From NCBI GenBank assembly GCA_965153355.1, contig OZ231126.1, forward strand, positions 8,246,001-8,310,000: a stretch of DNA of 64,000 nt, read 5' to 3'. Position 1 is the stretch's first letter, and every line of letters starts with the position of its first letter. The translations under genes and the position numbers were made by a program. Origin of the DNA: Flaccisagitta enflata. Lineage: Eukaryota. Positions 45,300-58,251 of this stretch are shown here, in pieces. The notes beneath the pieces are model-generated. The model was given only the letters and a program-made list of their open reading frames with translations, searched no databases and was not told the origin of the DNA.

Positions 45300-48230
45300 T
45301 GATTGTACAAGTCATGAGAAAATGACTCATGTTTAAAAAAAAACAGTGATCACTGTAGTCTAATAATAATATAAAAAAAACACACACAAACGCCAGCGTG
45401 AGCATGCACGCACGCGAAACAACATCACACGCGCGGGCGTGTGTGTAACAACAACATCAACACAACGGCAATAGCAACAACAATAAAAACAACAACAACA
45501 TCATCAGCGTCTCGTCATTTGCATACTGAAGCTCAAAACACTGCCAAAAAAATGTCATCAAGAACAACATCGAAGCCTACATCAAACGACGCAACAACAA
45601 AAACAACATCAACATCAACATCAACATCAACATCCCCATCATCAACAACAACATCAAATCAAAGGCGCATCTTGATTCTTCTTACTCTCATTCTCTGGGA
45701 GAGTGTGCAAGCTTTAGAATAATCCCAGTGTTGTCAGGAAAAGTGTTGTTGTGTAGAAGTGTTGGTGTGTTAGCGAGGAACTTGAAATTCAGGAGGAGAG
45801 GGAGGGTATGTTTTCTTTTCTGGCGCTGGAGTCCCATCCATTGCTCCAACCTCTCTTATTCTTTAGAGACTGGCGCGATGACAATGTTACCATCGAAAAG
45901 AAAATAATTTTTGTTTAAAATTATCATCTTTTTAATTTAAAAAAAGAAAATACCGTCTCCTCTTTGTTTCTTGTTTCTTTGCTTTGTCCTGGTTTGTTCT
46001 AGTTCTGCGACCTTGCCCGAGAGAAAAAGAGAGAAAGAGAAGAAAAAGGAGAGCCTTTGTAATTTGTGATGGAGATGAAGAAAAAAAGAGAAGAAGATTT
46101 TGAAAAAGATATAAGTAGGGAAAAAAAAGAGAGTCTCTCATAATGAAAAAGCTTCTTCAATATAAAAATCAAGATCGCGGGCTGCTTGCAATTGCAAAAA
46201 AAGAAAAGTTAAAAAAGTTCGATCACCAGACCCTGACTGACAAATTCCGGATAACCCAAAACCCAAAACCCCAAAACCAAACAAAAAAACAATCACAACT
46301 AGTTGTGGAGACAATTCACAAAAAAAAAAAGAGATATTGTTAAAAATATCGCTGCTTCCATCTCCTCCCTAATTGTTATCGTGCACGAATGTTTACTCAA
46401 TTTTTTTTATATAAAAACAAAAGTAGGTTATTTATCTCCATATGATGCCAGGGAATCGATTTTTACACACGCTACAACACTGATCTTTACTGATACTTGT
46501 CAAACTCCATGAAACAGCCACATTTGATTAATGTACAGCATCAATTATATGTGTAAATTTTTCTGCGTTATAACGCTTTATAATTTGTTAGTTCGGAAAT
46601 TTGTGTATAAAAAGAAAATTTCATCTTTTTATAGTTTCTCACTCGCTTATCCCAAAAAAAAAACGAACAAAACCCTGCCAATTATGCATATCAATTTTTA
46701 CCAAAACTTGATAAATCTTTTTTTCTCCTCTTGTCCTTCTCTCTTCCTCCTCTTCCTCGTCTTCCTCTTCTTCCTCTTCTTCCTCTTCCTCTTCTTCCTC
46801 TTCCTTCCCTTCAACCCATTCGTATTCTCGATCTATTTAATTGACTTTGTGATAATAATGTTACCTAAATAGATTTGTTCATGTGATTACATGTCCTTCA
46901 GCCGAATTTCTTTGGACGTTATATTTTCGTTGATGAAAGGGACTTTATTTTTTTTTTCATTTCGTAATTAGGTGATAATTTGTCACATTTGAAATTTGAG
47001 AATTATCATGACATGGAGCTGAGTTGTTATTCTCATGTGGTGTCATGTTATGTCCTTTCATCTCATGCCATGTCATGTTATGTCCTTTCGTGTCATTTCA
47101 TTTCATGTGATAGAACATCTCCGTTCTGTGAAAAAGGGTAATTTCTCTCCAATTAGTGCCCTGAGGTGCCAATACTCGAAATTGCTTTTCTTTAATGCCT
47201 TTTGATTCTCAAACTTGATTTTCATAATGATTAAAAATACATGACTACAATCTGGGCGCGTAATTATAAACCCACCACTGATGTGCCTTCCATGACCACT
47301 CTTGCATACTTAGTCAAAGCATTTATATGTATACATACCCAAGTGTATTTTGATTTCAACAATGGTGCTAAAAACAAAACAAAAAAACAAATCGTAACCT
47401 CAGTGCAATTTTCTTTTAGACATAGTAATTTTGCGCGGATGTTTGTTTCTTTCATTAATGTTTATATTTTTCTTTTTTTTCTTCTTGTGAATTGAAGTAA
47501 AGCAGTGAAGAGGAGAGGGGCGGACATGAGTGAAATGGCGAATTCCATCAAGCGATGCTGCCCTCTTTCCCTTACTAGGTCCAACTTCAATTCTACTTCC
47601 TTTTTTTCATCATTCTATATAAAACATCGCTGCTCATTTAGCTCATTTCATATAAATTCATCATTGATAACGACGGAGGCAACCATTTTACGTACATCAC
47701 CTTACCTGTCATGCTCTTTTTTTTCTTCTTTTTTTTAAACATCACCTTTTTTTTTTCTTTTTTCATTTCTTTCTCTCTGAAAACTCCTGCAATATTCTTT
47801 TTTTTTCTTCTATTCTTCATTGAAAAAAAAAAATCCAACCAGCCATTTTCGGAAACCCAGAAAAAAAATACTGCTTTAACGGACAACAAAACACGCACAC
47901 TCTCTCTCATTTTTTTTTTTTCAATTCCGTTTTTTTTTATCTGCATTCGAAAAAAACGTCTAAACATTGTTGACTTTTGAATTTCCTGCTCTCGACTTGA
48001 CTAGGAAGGAATCACGAAGGCGGGCGCCGATGTTTAGACACAAAAAACACAATTCAATTAGTGACACAATTTTTGCTGTGAAATTACTTGTTAACATACA
48101 TTGAATTCACATTCTTTCACATGAATTTGAATATGAATATGACCAAATTAAAACAAATTTACCGTGTTTTTTTTCTATTAATTCATCCGCCCTTAGTTCA
48201 TTAAATAAAAAAAAGTTATTTGTTTATTTC
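45300..48230 (+). other. Putative long 3' UTR of the collagen gene
   Basis: AU-rich, lacks the TEs and long microsatellites seen on both sides; ATTAAA near 47230 and 48147, AATAAA 48204-48209 followed by U-rich sequence; true 3' end unknown. Confidence 0.45.
47350..47370 (+). promoter_or_regulatory. miR-29-family target site (8mer TGGTGCTA plus extended 3' pairing)
   Basis: t-TGATTTCA-ac-AATGGTGCTA is the reverse complement of miR-29b nt 1-18 (UAGCACCAUUUGAAAUCA, recalled sequence) with a 2-nt bulge. Confidence 0.7.
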
Positions 48231-49371
48231 TTTGAAATTTTTCTCTATTATCTTTCTTTTTCTCTACTCATCTCATTATTTTATTTTTTTTTCTTAAATC
48301 ATGTTTCCTTCAAAAGGACCCATGGACAAATACAATTTCTTACGCAACATCCCGCGCAGCTTCATTCCAGAATCACAATTTGCATAACTAAAAAGTTGAA
48401 AAAGATTAAGTTAGTTATCTCAAACCTTTGTCCAGTGTAGACCAGTTGTCGCTTTTTAGGTGCGCCAACGCACCCCTTATAGGGCCTTATAAGCGGTCGG
48501 CTCCGTCCATCCATCGGTCTGTCCGTCACGCAAACGTTTCATGATCCACACGGCGCACCTATATTGGTCTACTTGGCCTTGTATTTAGTCGCATGCACGT
48601 GTCTCAAGAGGTTGGAAAATTGTCGTTGCAGCCAAGAAATCGAACCCGGGTTTATACATCGAGGTTTTTTTTTGGTTGGTGACTGGTGAGTGGTTGGTAA
48701 GTGATTGGAGATGGATAACAGGGCATTTTTGAACTAGGGTTAACATACGGACATACGGACGGACGGACGGACGGACGGACAGACCCTACAATTGGCAACA
48801 GTCGAAGACGATTTGGCTGGGACAGTATCAAGAAAACATGCACAACTCTTGATTGACTAAAAAATCCCTAAAAAAGCGACGGGCCGACACAGCAACGTGT
48901 TAAGTCGCGTGTCCGCGTCTAAAATGAAAGTGCGACAAAAATAAACGGTCGTTACGGAAGATGAAACATGATGATAATGAAGTTAGTGTCATTGGACATG
49001 AACTATTTGGCCGTTCGTATCTCAATCACCTCTTTCCACGTGTGTCCTTTGAGAGCATGTTGTGGGTCGGTAATTGATTCCAAATTAAGGTTTCAAACAA
49101 GTACCCCGGGGGTACAACGATGCGTCCACATGCGGCTTAGCTTGTTAATGACAACTTCTCTCTCTCTCTCTCTCTCTCGCTCAACAATGCATCAGCCCAA
49201 TGTCAGAACCTGATGAAATCGACGGACAAAGCCTCTTATAGAGATGCGTGGACGCATCTAAAAACCTAACGAAAGAGGAAGTTGCAAAACTTTTCATTAA
49301 AGATGGGTAAAACTTTTGGGATAAATTTAGGCGTGAAAATCCTTATTTGCATAATGCAGTGTTACAACACC

Positions 49372-50270
49372 TGTTTATGATCGGGAAAAAAGTCGAAGTC
49401 AGTCTTCGACTTTTTGACATATTCGAGAGAAACAGGGTTTTTATTTTCTTATGCGAAAGTTGGGGCTCTCCACCGACCGATTGGGGCCTCCAATGAAATT
49501 GATAGGGTAAGTAAATTTGATAATTCTCTTTCATTTGGCGCCAAGCAGAATGCTCTACGACAAATATTTTTCGCGCTAGGATTTTTTAAAGATTTATTTA
49601 TAAAAAATTCGAATGAAATTTTTTTTGATTTTTTTCGATTTTGTGTAGGAGTATTTATGTTTGATTAAGCATGCAAATACAAGAAAACAAGTTTATGAGC
49701 ACAGCTGCTCATCTGTGAGGGCGTTTTTGAGCATTTCAGCTCATTTAGCTCACTTAGCTCAGTCTATTCTTTCTGATTTTAAATATGATAAATGAAACTT
49801 TATGATAAATAAAACTTTATGAAACTTTATGATCGGGAAAAAAGTCGAAGTCAGTCTTTGACTTTTTGACATATTCAAGAGAAACAGGGTTTTCATTTTC
49901 TTATTAGGAAGCTGGGGATCTCCACCGACCGATTGGGGCCTCCAATGAAATTTATAGGGTAAGTAAATTTGATAATTCTCTTTCATTTGGCGCCAAGCAG
50001 AATACTCTACGACAAATATTTTTCGCGCTATGATTTTTTAAAGATTTATTTACGAAAAATGCAAATTGAATTTTTTTTATTTTTTATGATTTTAAGCAGG
50101 ATCAATAAAAGAGAGTATTTATGTTTGTTTGGGCATGCAAATACAAGAAAACAAGTTTATGAGCATAGCTGCTCATCTGTAAGGGTGATTTTGAGCAGTC
50201 TAGCTCATTTTGCTCATTTAGCTCATTTTGCTCCGTCTTTTTTTCTGATTTCAAATGCAATAAATGAATG
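49372..50270. repeat. ~450-bp tandem duplication (further partial copies ~50300-50400, ~51360-51460)
   Basis: tttatgatcgggaaaaaagtcgaagtcagtctt... recurs at ~49374 and ~49826. Confidence 0.85.
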
Positions 50271-51473
50271 AATATTTTGATACATGTTTAAAAAAGCAGA
50301 TACAAAAAAACATGTCAGTGAGCTCAGTTGCTCATTTGTGAGGGTGTTTTGATATATTCCAGCTCACTTAGCTCATTTAGCTAAGTATTTTTTTCTGATC
50401 TTTAATGGGCACCCTGAATCGAGTGCGAATTACAATCGATTTTATGTTTGGAAGCGGAATTTTCGTTTATGAAAAATCCTATGTTACAGCATCTACTTAT
50501 CGAGATTTGAGAGAATCGAATTGTAAAACAGAAAAATAAATCTTTTTCCTTCGTAACTTTTTTTTTTCATTTTATGAGCGTTACTTATGAAAAAACGATT
50601 CTATGAATGAACGAACTAATGAATGAATGAACTAATGAACGAATGAACTAATGAACGAATAAACGAATGAACTAATGAACGAATAAACGAATGAATGAAT
50701 GAATGAATGAATGAATGAATGAATGAATGAATGAATGAATGAATGAATGAATGAAAGAATGGTCAAATGTATGAAAGATTAAAAAGGTTGACTGCTTTTC
50801 TGTTGACAGAACCTCAGATTTTGGGAGTTGGATGTTTGTGTGACTTACCAACCAACCAACCAACAAACGGACATGTCTCAGAGAGGAGCAAGGATTTATC
50901 TAAAAATACGCCGATTGAAATCGGTTGATAAGGATGAGAAAAACGCCTTCAAACATAGTCAAGGCCATTTAGGCCAATAGGTGTTCTGTGTTCTGTGTTT
51001 TCGTGATGGACCAACAGACTGACCGATCAACCAATAGACAAACATAACCGGTTATTGAGGTGCGTAAGCGCACCTAAAAATAGCACTTCTATGTTTGCAA
51101 ATAAGTGACAAAAGGACTGACGTAACATATTCAATCACCACCAAAGAAAGGACTGGCTGCGCTATAGAAAACAATGACGTAGCAGCTTAAAAATCAATCC
51201 AGCCCTAAAAACTCAATGAAGAAATGAGCGATATGCCCGTTCATGAGATCATAAACGAAAATTTTGGAGAAAAGGCAAGAATCGATCGTAGATCATTGTA
51301 ATTCCAAATATAAAAAGAATAAAATCAGGGTGTGGGATAAATACATAAATGCATTTACAAAAAAGCATGTCAATGAGCATAGCTGGTTGTGTGGTTGAGT
51401 GATTTTGAGCATTTTAGCTCATCTAGCTCATTTGGCTCAGACCTACATTTCTCTGATTAACAGTGCAACCAAT

Positions 51474-52076
51474 AACCATAGCAAAAAAAAAAACGGAACA
51501 ACTTGTTTTGATGATTTTTGTTAAAGTGAAGACTCAAACTCCAAAAAAATTCATGACCGTTTGAAAGCTCTTCAAAAGATCTTTCAAATGCAACGTTGCT
51601 GGTCATTCTAGCTTTATCCGTTTAAAAATGGCATTAGAATGAATGAAAACATTGCCCTTTTTTATTTGCGGTCAGATTGAATGAAAAGGTTTTGAAAATA
51701 AAGTAGATCACTTTGACAAGCTGTAACTTTTAAACGGTTTGAGATACAGATCTGGGATTGGTCTAGAATGAAAGAAAATTAAAAAAATCTTTAAAATCAT
51801 ATAAGAAAAAAAGTACAAATTATTAATTTTTCTATCTTTTCTAGTAAATATAAAGAGGAACGACTTCTATGACATCAACTTTCACATTCATGACCACCTC
51901 TTCTTTATTGTTATGTCATTTCTTAGCGAATAAAGATAGAACAACCAGCATGGTCTCATTTTGAAGATCTTTCGCAGAGCTTTCAAACGGTCATGGATTT
52001 TGCTATGTTTTTCATATTGGATGAATCTCAATCTTTAAGAAACATTTTGTTCCGTTTTTTTTTTTGTGCTATGGTT
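51474..52076. mobile_element. MITE (~600 bp)
   Basis: aaccatagcaaaaaaaaaaacggaacaa / ttgttccgtttttttttttgtgctatggtt, plus a subterminal inverted pair catgaccgtttgaaagctct / agagctttcaaacggtcatg. Confidence 0.75.
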
Positions 52077-52808
52077 CATGCAAGTGCTTTTGGTTTGATC
52101 TAACAAGTAGAAAGATTTGCAGTGACTGAAAACAAAAGCTTGGTGAAAAGTGACCAATGCTTACGACTTTTTTCCTCACGGCGACAGCCGCCATTACTGG
52201 TAGCAAATTCACTGAATACAGCCTTGTAAAATTACAATCAACGATCTGAATGCTTTCTACAAAGCAGAAATTAAGCACAATTACACAAAAAGGAAACATA
52301 GTAGTAAATATCAAAGTGAATGAGTATTGTTTCTCCCACATCTTATTTATTAAAGACGTCTATAAAATACCGACAAAACGCTTTTACTAATAGAAATTCG
52401 CTGCTTGTCATTACTAATCCGCCTTGTCTCAGAGGCAATCGAGCAGTACGCGAGAGGAGGCCACGGCGGCTCTCAATGACTGTGCTGCCAATCTAATAAC
52501 TATGTAGCTATTTTGTATTTCCAGCGAATTGGAGGGCCTTCTAGTTACACATTTTTGGGATAAAGCTTTTAGTTGATTATCTAGCAATTTTTGAGAAGGA
52601 ACTAGCTAATTATAACGAATTTAAAGGAATCAACGAGCTAATCTAGCTATTTTTAGTTAGTACTAGCTATTTTGGATAAGCATTATATATATCTTTATAC
52701 TTTCATAACCGGCAACCTCAAAAGTAAAAATGAGGCACTTAATCATGCAACTGTACTTTATTTGTACGACTTAATTGGGAACAACTAAATCGATGTTTTA
52801 GTGAGTAG

Positions 52809-53028
52809 TTTTTAGTCGCGTGCTACGCGACTCTACAACCCGCTTTGTCGGTCCGTCCGTCGGTCGATCGGTCCGTCGGTCTGTCGGTCCATCCGTCCAT
52901 CACACTTTACTTTTTTGGGTGTTTTGCGTTTTTTGGCCTCACTGCTCCTGCCCAAATGATCTAGTGACCTCAATTACAGCCCCTGCCAACCCGCACGCGA
53001 CTGGGGTAGCCGTGTATCGGGCCTTGTT
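52809..53028 (+). mobile_element. HINE/DINE-1-like (non-autonomous Helentron-type) element, full-length copy
   Basis: T-run, 5' AGTCGCGTGC (52814-52823) in a short palindrome, (GTCC/GTCG)n core, inverted GCACGCGACT (52993-53002), 3' hairpin then CTTGTT. Confidence 0.7.
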
Positions 53029-54753
53029 AGTGGCTAGTCTTGTTGTTTGCACGTACGCTCTGTCATTTCATGACGAATAGAATGTCATTCATATCGTATG
53101 TATTCACACAAGAAATTGTGTAGCATAGAATCAACGTCATGAAACAATTATGTTATGGCATAGTTACAAGAAAGAAAAATCAGTCATCAGAAATAGCGAA
53201 ACAAGAAAGAATAAATGAGATTCCGGTCAGGTCTGGTCCGGTCAGGTCCGGTCCGTTCAGGTGTGCTATTCTAACCATTTTTTTACTGTTTTTTTTTCCT
53301 GATTTCTTTTTTAAAACAAGGTTATGTAGCCTCAATTTTTTAGTCAGCTCTGGCATGTATTTCAACATGTTTAATACAATACTTTGTCCTGTAGCCACTC
53401 ACTTATTAAGCTTTTACAAGATTGTTGGTGGTAGCAGACTATTTGTTCTAGGACTAAGGACACATAAACTGTATATAGCAAACTATTTATTCTGAAGATA
53501 CAAAAACTAATGCATGTGAGAGTGTATGTCAGGTAGGTGTGTCAGGTGTGCATCAGGTAGTTCATTTGTTTCTAGACTGGTTAGATTAATGTTTTCTTTT
53601 TCTGCCCCTGCTTTAAAAGGCCCTTATCATCAATGTCCCTCCCCCACTCCTACGCCCCCAACACTTATGGCCTTTGTTTTCTGTTTTGTTTGTTTCTGCC
53701 TTGTTTTGCAATGGACACAAGAGAAAGCCTGAATTTTTCCTATGAATACATATTGTCTTATCTTTGGTTTAATCAACAATTTTTTAAATGTTTTCATGTT
53801 CTTACATATGTTATTGCATCTAGCTACTTGATGAGATATCCTAGCTAATTCTAGCAATTTTTAGGGCCTAAAAAGTGAATTTTTGTCAGCCAGAGTTAGC
53901 ACCAGAGCTCCGTGATGGAAAGTACCTAGAATGTCTTGCCGACATACCTGAGTTGGCGTTGTTGGCCAATGAAAGTTGAAACAACATTGCCCTTACAAAA
54001 GGAGGCCAGAATTTTCCAATTTACAAAGGATGAAAGCCTTGTAAGCTTTCAATGGTGTTTACTCCGGATTGCTTACAACTATCCTTTACAAATAACAAAA
54101 TAAGAGCTTACCTGACAAAACTATCAGCTTGACTGCATACCTCATTAGTGTAGGGTCAGACAGGCCTATACCATTTAGTATACACAAAATATCTTTTAAA
54201 AATAACAATCAAAGATTACTGATGTACTGGTGGAAGTGCTGACACTAGCAATATTGATAAGAAAACCATACCCTTAGAATGGATTAGAGGTCTCCTATCC
54301 TGAACACAGGACCTTCTTTCATAAGTTATGGTCGGACATTCTGGCTGATGTAAATAAACAACATCTGATAAGCAGGACGCTATATCCTCGCTTCACTCAA
54401 TCTAAATGTTACCCTTTGTATCAGAATGCCTGGCGGTCGCATTAAGCTTGACCTTGATTCCATCCTCTAAGGGTATAGTTTCTTAACAATGTTGCCCTCG
54501 GGTGATTTGTTGAATTCTAGTAACAGAGGTAACAATCATTTGCCCTTCACTAATTTTCGTAAGCAGTTTGCTTTTGAGTTAGATTGAGAGATAAAGTTTT
54601 TGAGATTCTGTTCTATGGAAAAGTAACACACGATTGACAATTAGGCGGTAAAGTAGTTATGCACAAAAAAGTTAATAGTCGCAAAAGCATTAGAGGGTCA
54701 GCGGTACCCGTGCCCTGCTTAAGTAGGTTGTGGTTGATGTTGAATGGGGAGCA

Positions 54754-55055
54754 GGGCAGCGGCCCCAAAGGGGTCGATGACCTATGCTTTCACACATATG
54801 GGGGATTTTCTCCTCCTTCTTCTCCTCCGCACCCCCCCTTCCCCCAGCCTCGAGGCCCATATCTCAGCCTCGAGGCCAAAATCCCAGCCTCGAGGCCCAA
54901 ATCCCAGTCTTGAGGCCCAAATCCTTAGAGACTGGAATTTGGGCCTTTGGGTGAGGATTTGGGCCTGGAGGTCGGGATTTGGGCGAAGAGGGAAAAAATT
55001 CCCCATATGTGTGAAAGCATAGGTCATCGACCCCTTTGGGGCCGCTGCCCAAAAA
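54754..55055. mobile_element. Element with perfect 50-bp inverted repeats and an internal 21-bp tandem array
   Basis: GGGCAGCGGCCCCAAAGGGGTCGATGACCTATGCTTTCACACATATGGGG at 54754-54803 and inverted at 55001-55050; another copy begins ~63600; fragment near 954-975. Confidence 0.75.
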
Positions 55056-55834
55056 GGAGACTTCTAGTTGGCCCAGTGAGATGAAATTTTATCGGAATTG
55101 TCCCAAAACCTTTGTGCTACTTCAGTAAAAATTTCATTGTGCTATGCCTTCAAGAAGTATGTTTGTTTTAAATAATTTTTGTGGACAAATGCATATCCGC
55201 CAAAATGATTAGCATGTGCTAGAAGTGGTGCGCGCATTAATTAGTCAGTGAGGGTTCACAAGACCCTCTCCCATTCATGTCAGTTTGGGTAATGGGTAAA
55301 GTGAGGAATACTGTTCCACTTCCTATAGCTTCTTGACGGCCTGACACGGACCTTGATACGTAAACAATCACTTGAAAGCAACTTTGAGGCGGCGACTTTA
55401 TCCCTATCTGCAACCAAAATGACTTCAATTGCGTGAGGAGTGAAACGCATGGCGATTCTACTATCTTGCTAATAAATATATCACCATCTGAAAAGAAGCA
55501 TCAACTTTTAAAAGTTACAATTACCAGATTGATTTTATTTTAAACATTTGTTTGAACTCTTTGAAATGCGACCAGTCTGGTAATTGTATTATTCATTTAA
55601 AAACAATTCTCTTCCAAAGTTGACGCTTCTTTTCAGATGGTGATTTACTTACTAGCAAGATAGTAGGAGGTGTAGCATGACCATTTCATCTAATCTCCCA
55701 CCGATTCTCAGAATTGCATTCGCACTCCGGAAGAATGACTTTATTTAAAGATCAATATCACAAACTTCTAGTTGTGATTCACAACTAGAAGTTTTCCGAG
55801 AAACGGACGTCACTGCTGTATTTTCTCCGTTTAT

Positions 55835-56444
55835 AGTCGGGGTGCAAACGAGGACAAAATTTGATTTTCAGTCACAACAAATTATTATATAAAGTTATTT
55901 TAGAAGGTATAAAGTTTTGAAATAAAAGATTTATACTCCTAATTATTTTTTAAATATAAAAGAATGACAACAATATAAAAAATTCCTTTTGCATGTTCGT
56001 AAAGACCAAAGTTATTCAATAAAACATGAAAATTTCTCCCAAAAATAAGAGAAAAACTTCAGGAAGTTGTTGGGTAAAATCATAATTCTGCTTTTAAAAG
56101 CAAAATTTTGCATTTCTTAATACATGGCCCTCATCTTATGAGTGTTTAGAAAGACGCCATGTTTTTGAAAATGACAATTTTTGAATCTGTATGCAAAGTT
56201 ATAGTTTTACCCAAGACATGTCACATTGTAAAATAAGATTTTCCTTAAAAACTTTCTTTTTTTGGACGTTTATCTCAGCATTTCACAGTTACTTTGGACA
56301 CAAAAATGCTTTCTAATGCAAAAATAGCCTTAACAAAAACTAATCTTCATTTTTCATTGATGAAATATACAAATTTACAATGTCTATGATATTGCTAAAA
56401 AATGTGTTGACCGATCAAATTTTGTCTTCGATTGCACCCCGACT
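55835..56444. mobile_element. MITE (~610 bp) nested in an older TIR element (~55816-56778)
   Basis: agtcggggtgcaaacgaggacaaaatttgat / atcaaattttgtcttcgattgcaccccgact; TAT on both flanks. Confidence 0.75.
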
Positions 56445-57641
56445 TATCGCCTCCCTCTCTATTTAGCGCCCCTCCCTTTTTTCACTCAAAAAAAAAAAAA
56501 AAAAAAAAAGGGTCTGATGAGATTTCATGAGAGAAAATTTTTAAAAGTGATATGAATCTTTTATCGTCAAGTGGTATTTTCAATATTTTCTTGTCAATAA
56601 TGCTGAGAACTTGATACTAGAATGTTACAAAAGATTGATTTCAAAAGAAAAGCAGTGTTTTTTGCAGCTATCTACCAAATGAAAATTTTATGGCTAAAGG
56701 GGGTGCTTAGAAAGGAAAATGACAACATTATTTTTTAATTTCAACAGCACCCAGGGCGCTAAATTCAGAAAATCGGTAAGACTTTGTCTTGACCCACTGG
56801 TTATCTCATGGATGAGCCTAAGGTAAAGCAAGCCTTCTTAGTGTTCTCGTTTTGCTTAATTGATCTTACTTGGAATCCGAACTTATCTCAGGGTAGAGAA
56901 ATTTTCCTTCTTCCCACCAAATCGTAAAGGTTTTTAACTGAGGCCTGGTCAATGTTCTCCTTAAATTGTACACTAAGAATGTACACCTGCGGAGGTTGTT
57001 CATGCAGACTTTCGGGGTGTGGGCTTGCGAGGATGTGGACCCACGGGGGATGGGCTTGAGAGCGTGTGGGGTTATGGGGTTGTGGGCTCACGGTGTTGTG
57101 GGCTTACGGTGGTGTGGGCTTGCTGGGATGTAGGATTACGGGAGTGTGGGCTAACGGGGGAGGGGTGGAGGTGGGCTTGCAAGGATGTGGGCTTGTGAGG
57201 GTGTGGACTTGCGAGGCCCGCGAGGGTGTGGGTTTGCGTGGATAACCAGATCTAAACAAGGCCTGTAACCGACAGAGTGACGGACTGACAGAGTGACGGA
57301 CCGACAGTACATTCCTCGCATCAAATTGAAAAGATCTATGCCCAACTTGAGTTTCCCACATGAAAAATAGTCGCTAATGCGTCTGATGGTCGGCGGAACT
57401 CATTGTTATGTTACTGTTACTGTTACTGTTAATCTCATTGGTGTAGGACGGCTCTGTCCGTCGGGCTGGGAAGTCCCTCGGGCTGAGAATCCAGTAAATA
57501 AGGCTGTGAAGAAGAGAAGAAAAAAAGAAAAAGAAGAAAAAATGAGAGAATGAAAGAAGAAAAATTGTCTTTGTTTTCTAAGAGCTACATTGAGCCAAAT
57601 ACGGCTTGGTAAAAGGCTTAGTACATGGAACAGCGCTAAAC

Positions 57642-58251
57642 GTCACAGTGCAAACGAAGACAAAATTTATAGAGTCAACACATTTTCTAGACAATTTTAA
57701 ATATCATCAAATGATGATTTTTTAAACTAAAAATAGGTTTATTCATTTTTATAAATGATATTTTTGCATGAAAGATAGTTGATATCTCACCTAAATGTAA
57801 GAAAAATGAAGATAAATGATGAAAAAATTGTGGATTTATAAAGAAAATTTGATTTTGCAATCAGAGTTGTCTTGGGTGAAATTCTAAGCCGGCTTCTAAT
57901 TTGACAAATTTGCATTTCCAAAAACATAGCTCTATTCTAAAAACATAAAAGAATAGGGCCATGTTCTTAGAAATGCAAAAATTTGCATCTGGAGACAGTC
58001 TTAGAATTTCACCTAACTGCTTCTTAAATTTTTGCAACTGTATTTTCAGCGAATTCTAGCAAATGAGTGATTGTTTCTGTCTCTCATCAATGCAATATCA
58101 AGTTTCTTGGTTTGTTTTTATTTTCAAGTATTAAGTATGTGAATAATAAAAATTAAAAAAACAAAATATACTTTGATTTTTTAAAATTTAAAAGTAAAGC
58201 AGGTTATGAATATGTATGGTTGCCTAATTTTGCCTTCGTTTGCACTGTGAC
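57642..58251. mobile_element. MITE (~610 bp) related to 55835-56444, opposite orientation
   Basis: gtcacagtgcaaacgaagacaaaatt / aattttgccttcgtttgcactgtgac; AAAC on both flanks; interior resembles the reverse complement of the first copy. Confidence 0.75.
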
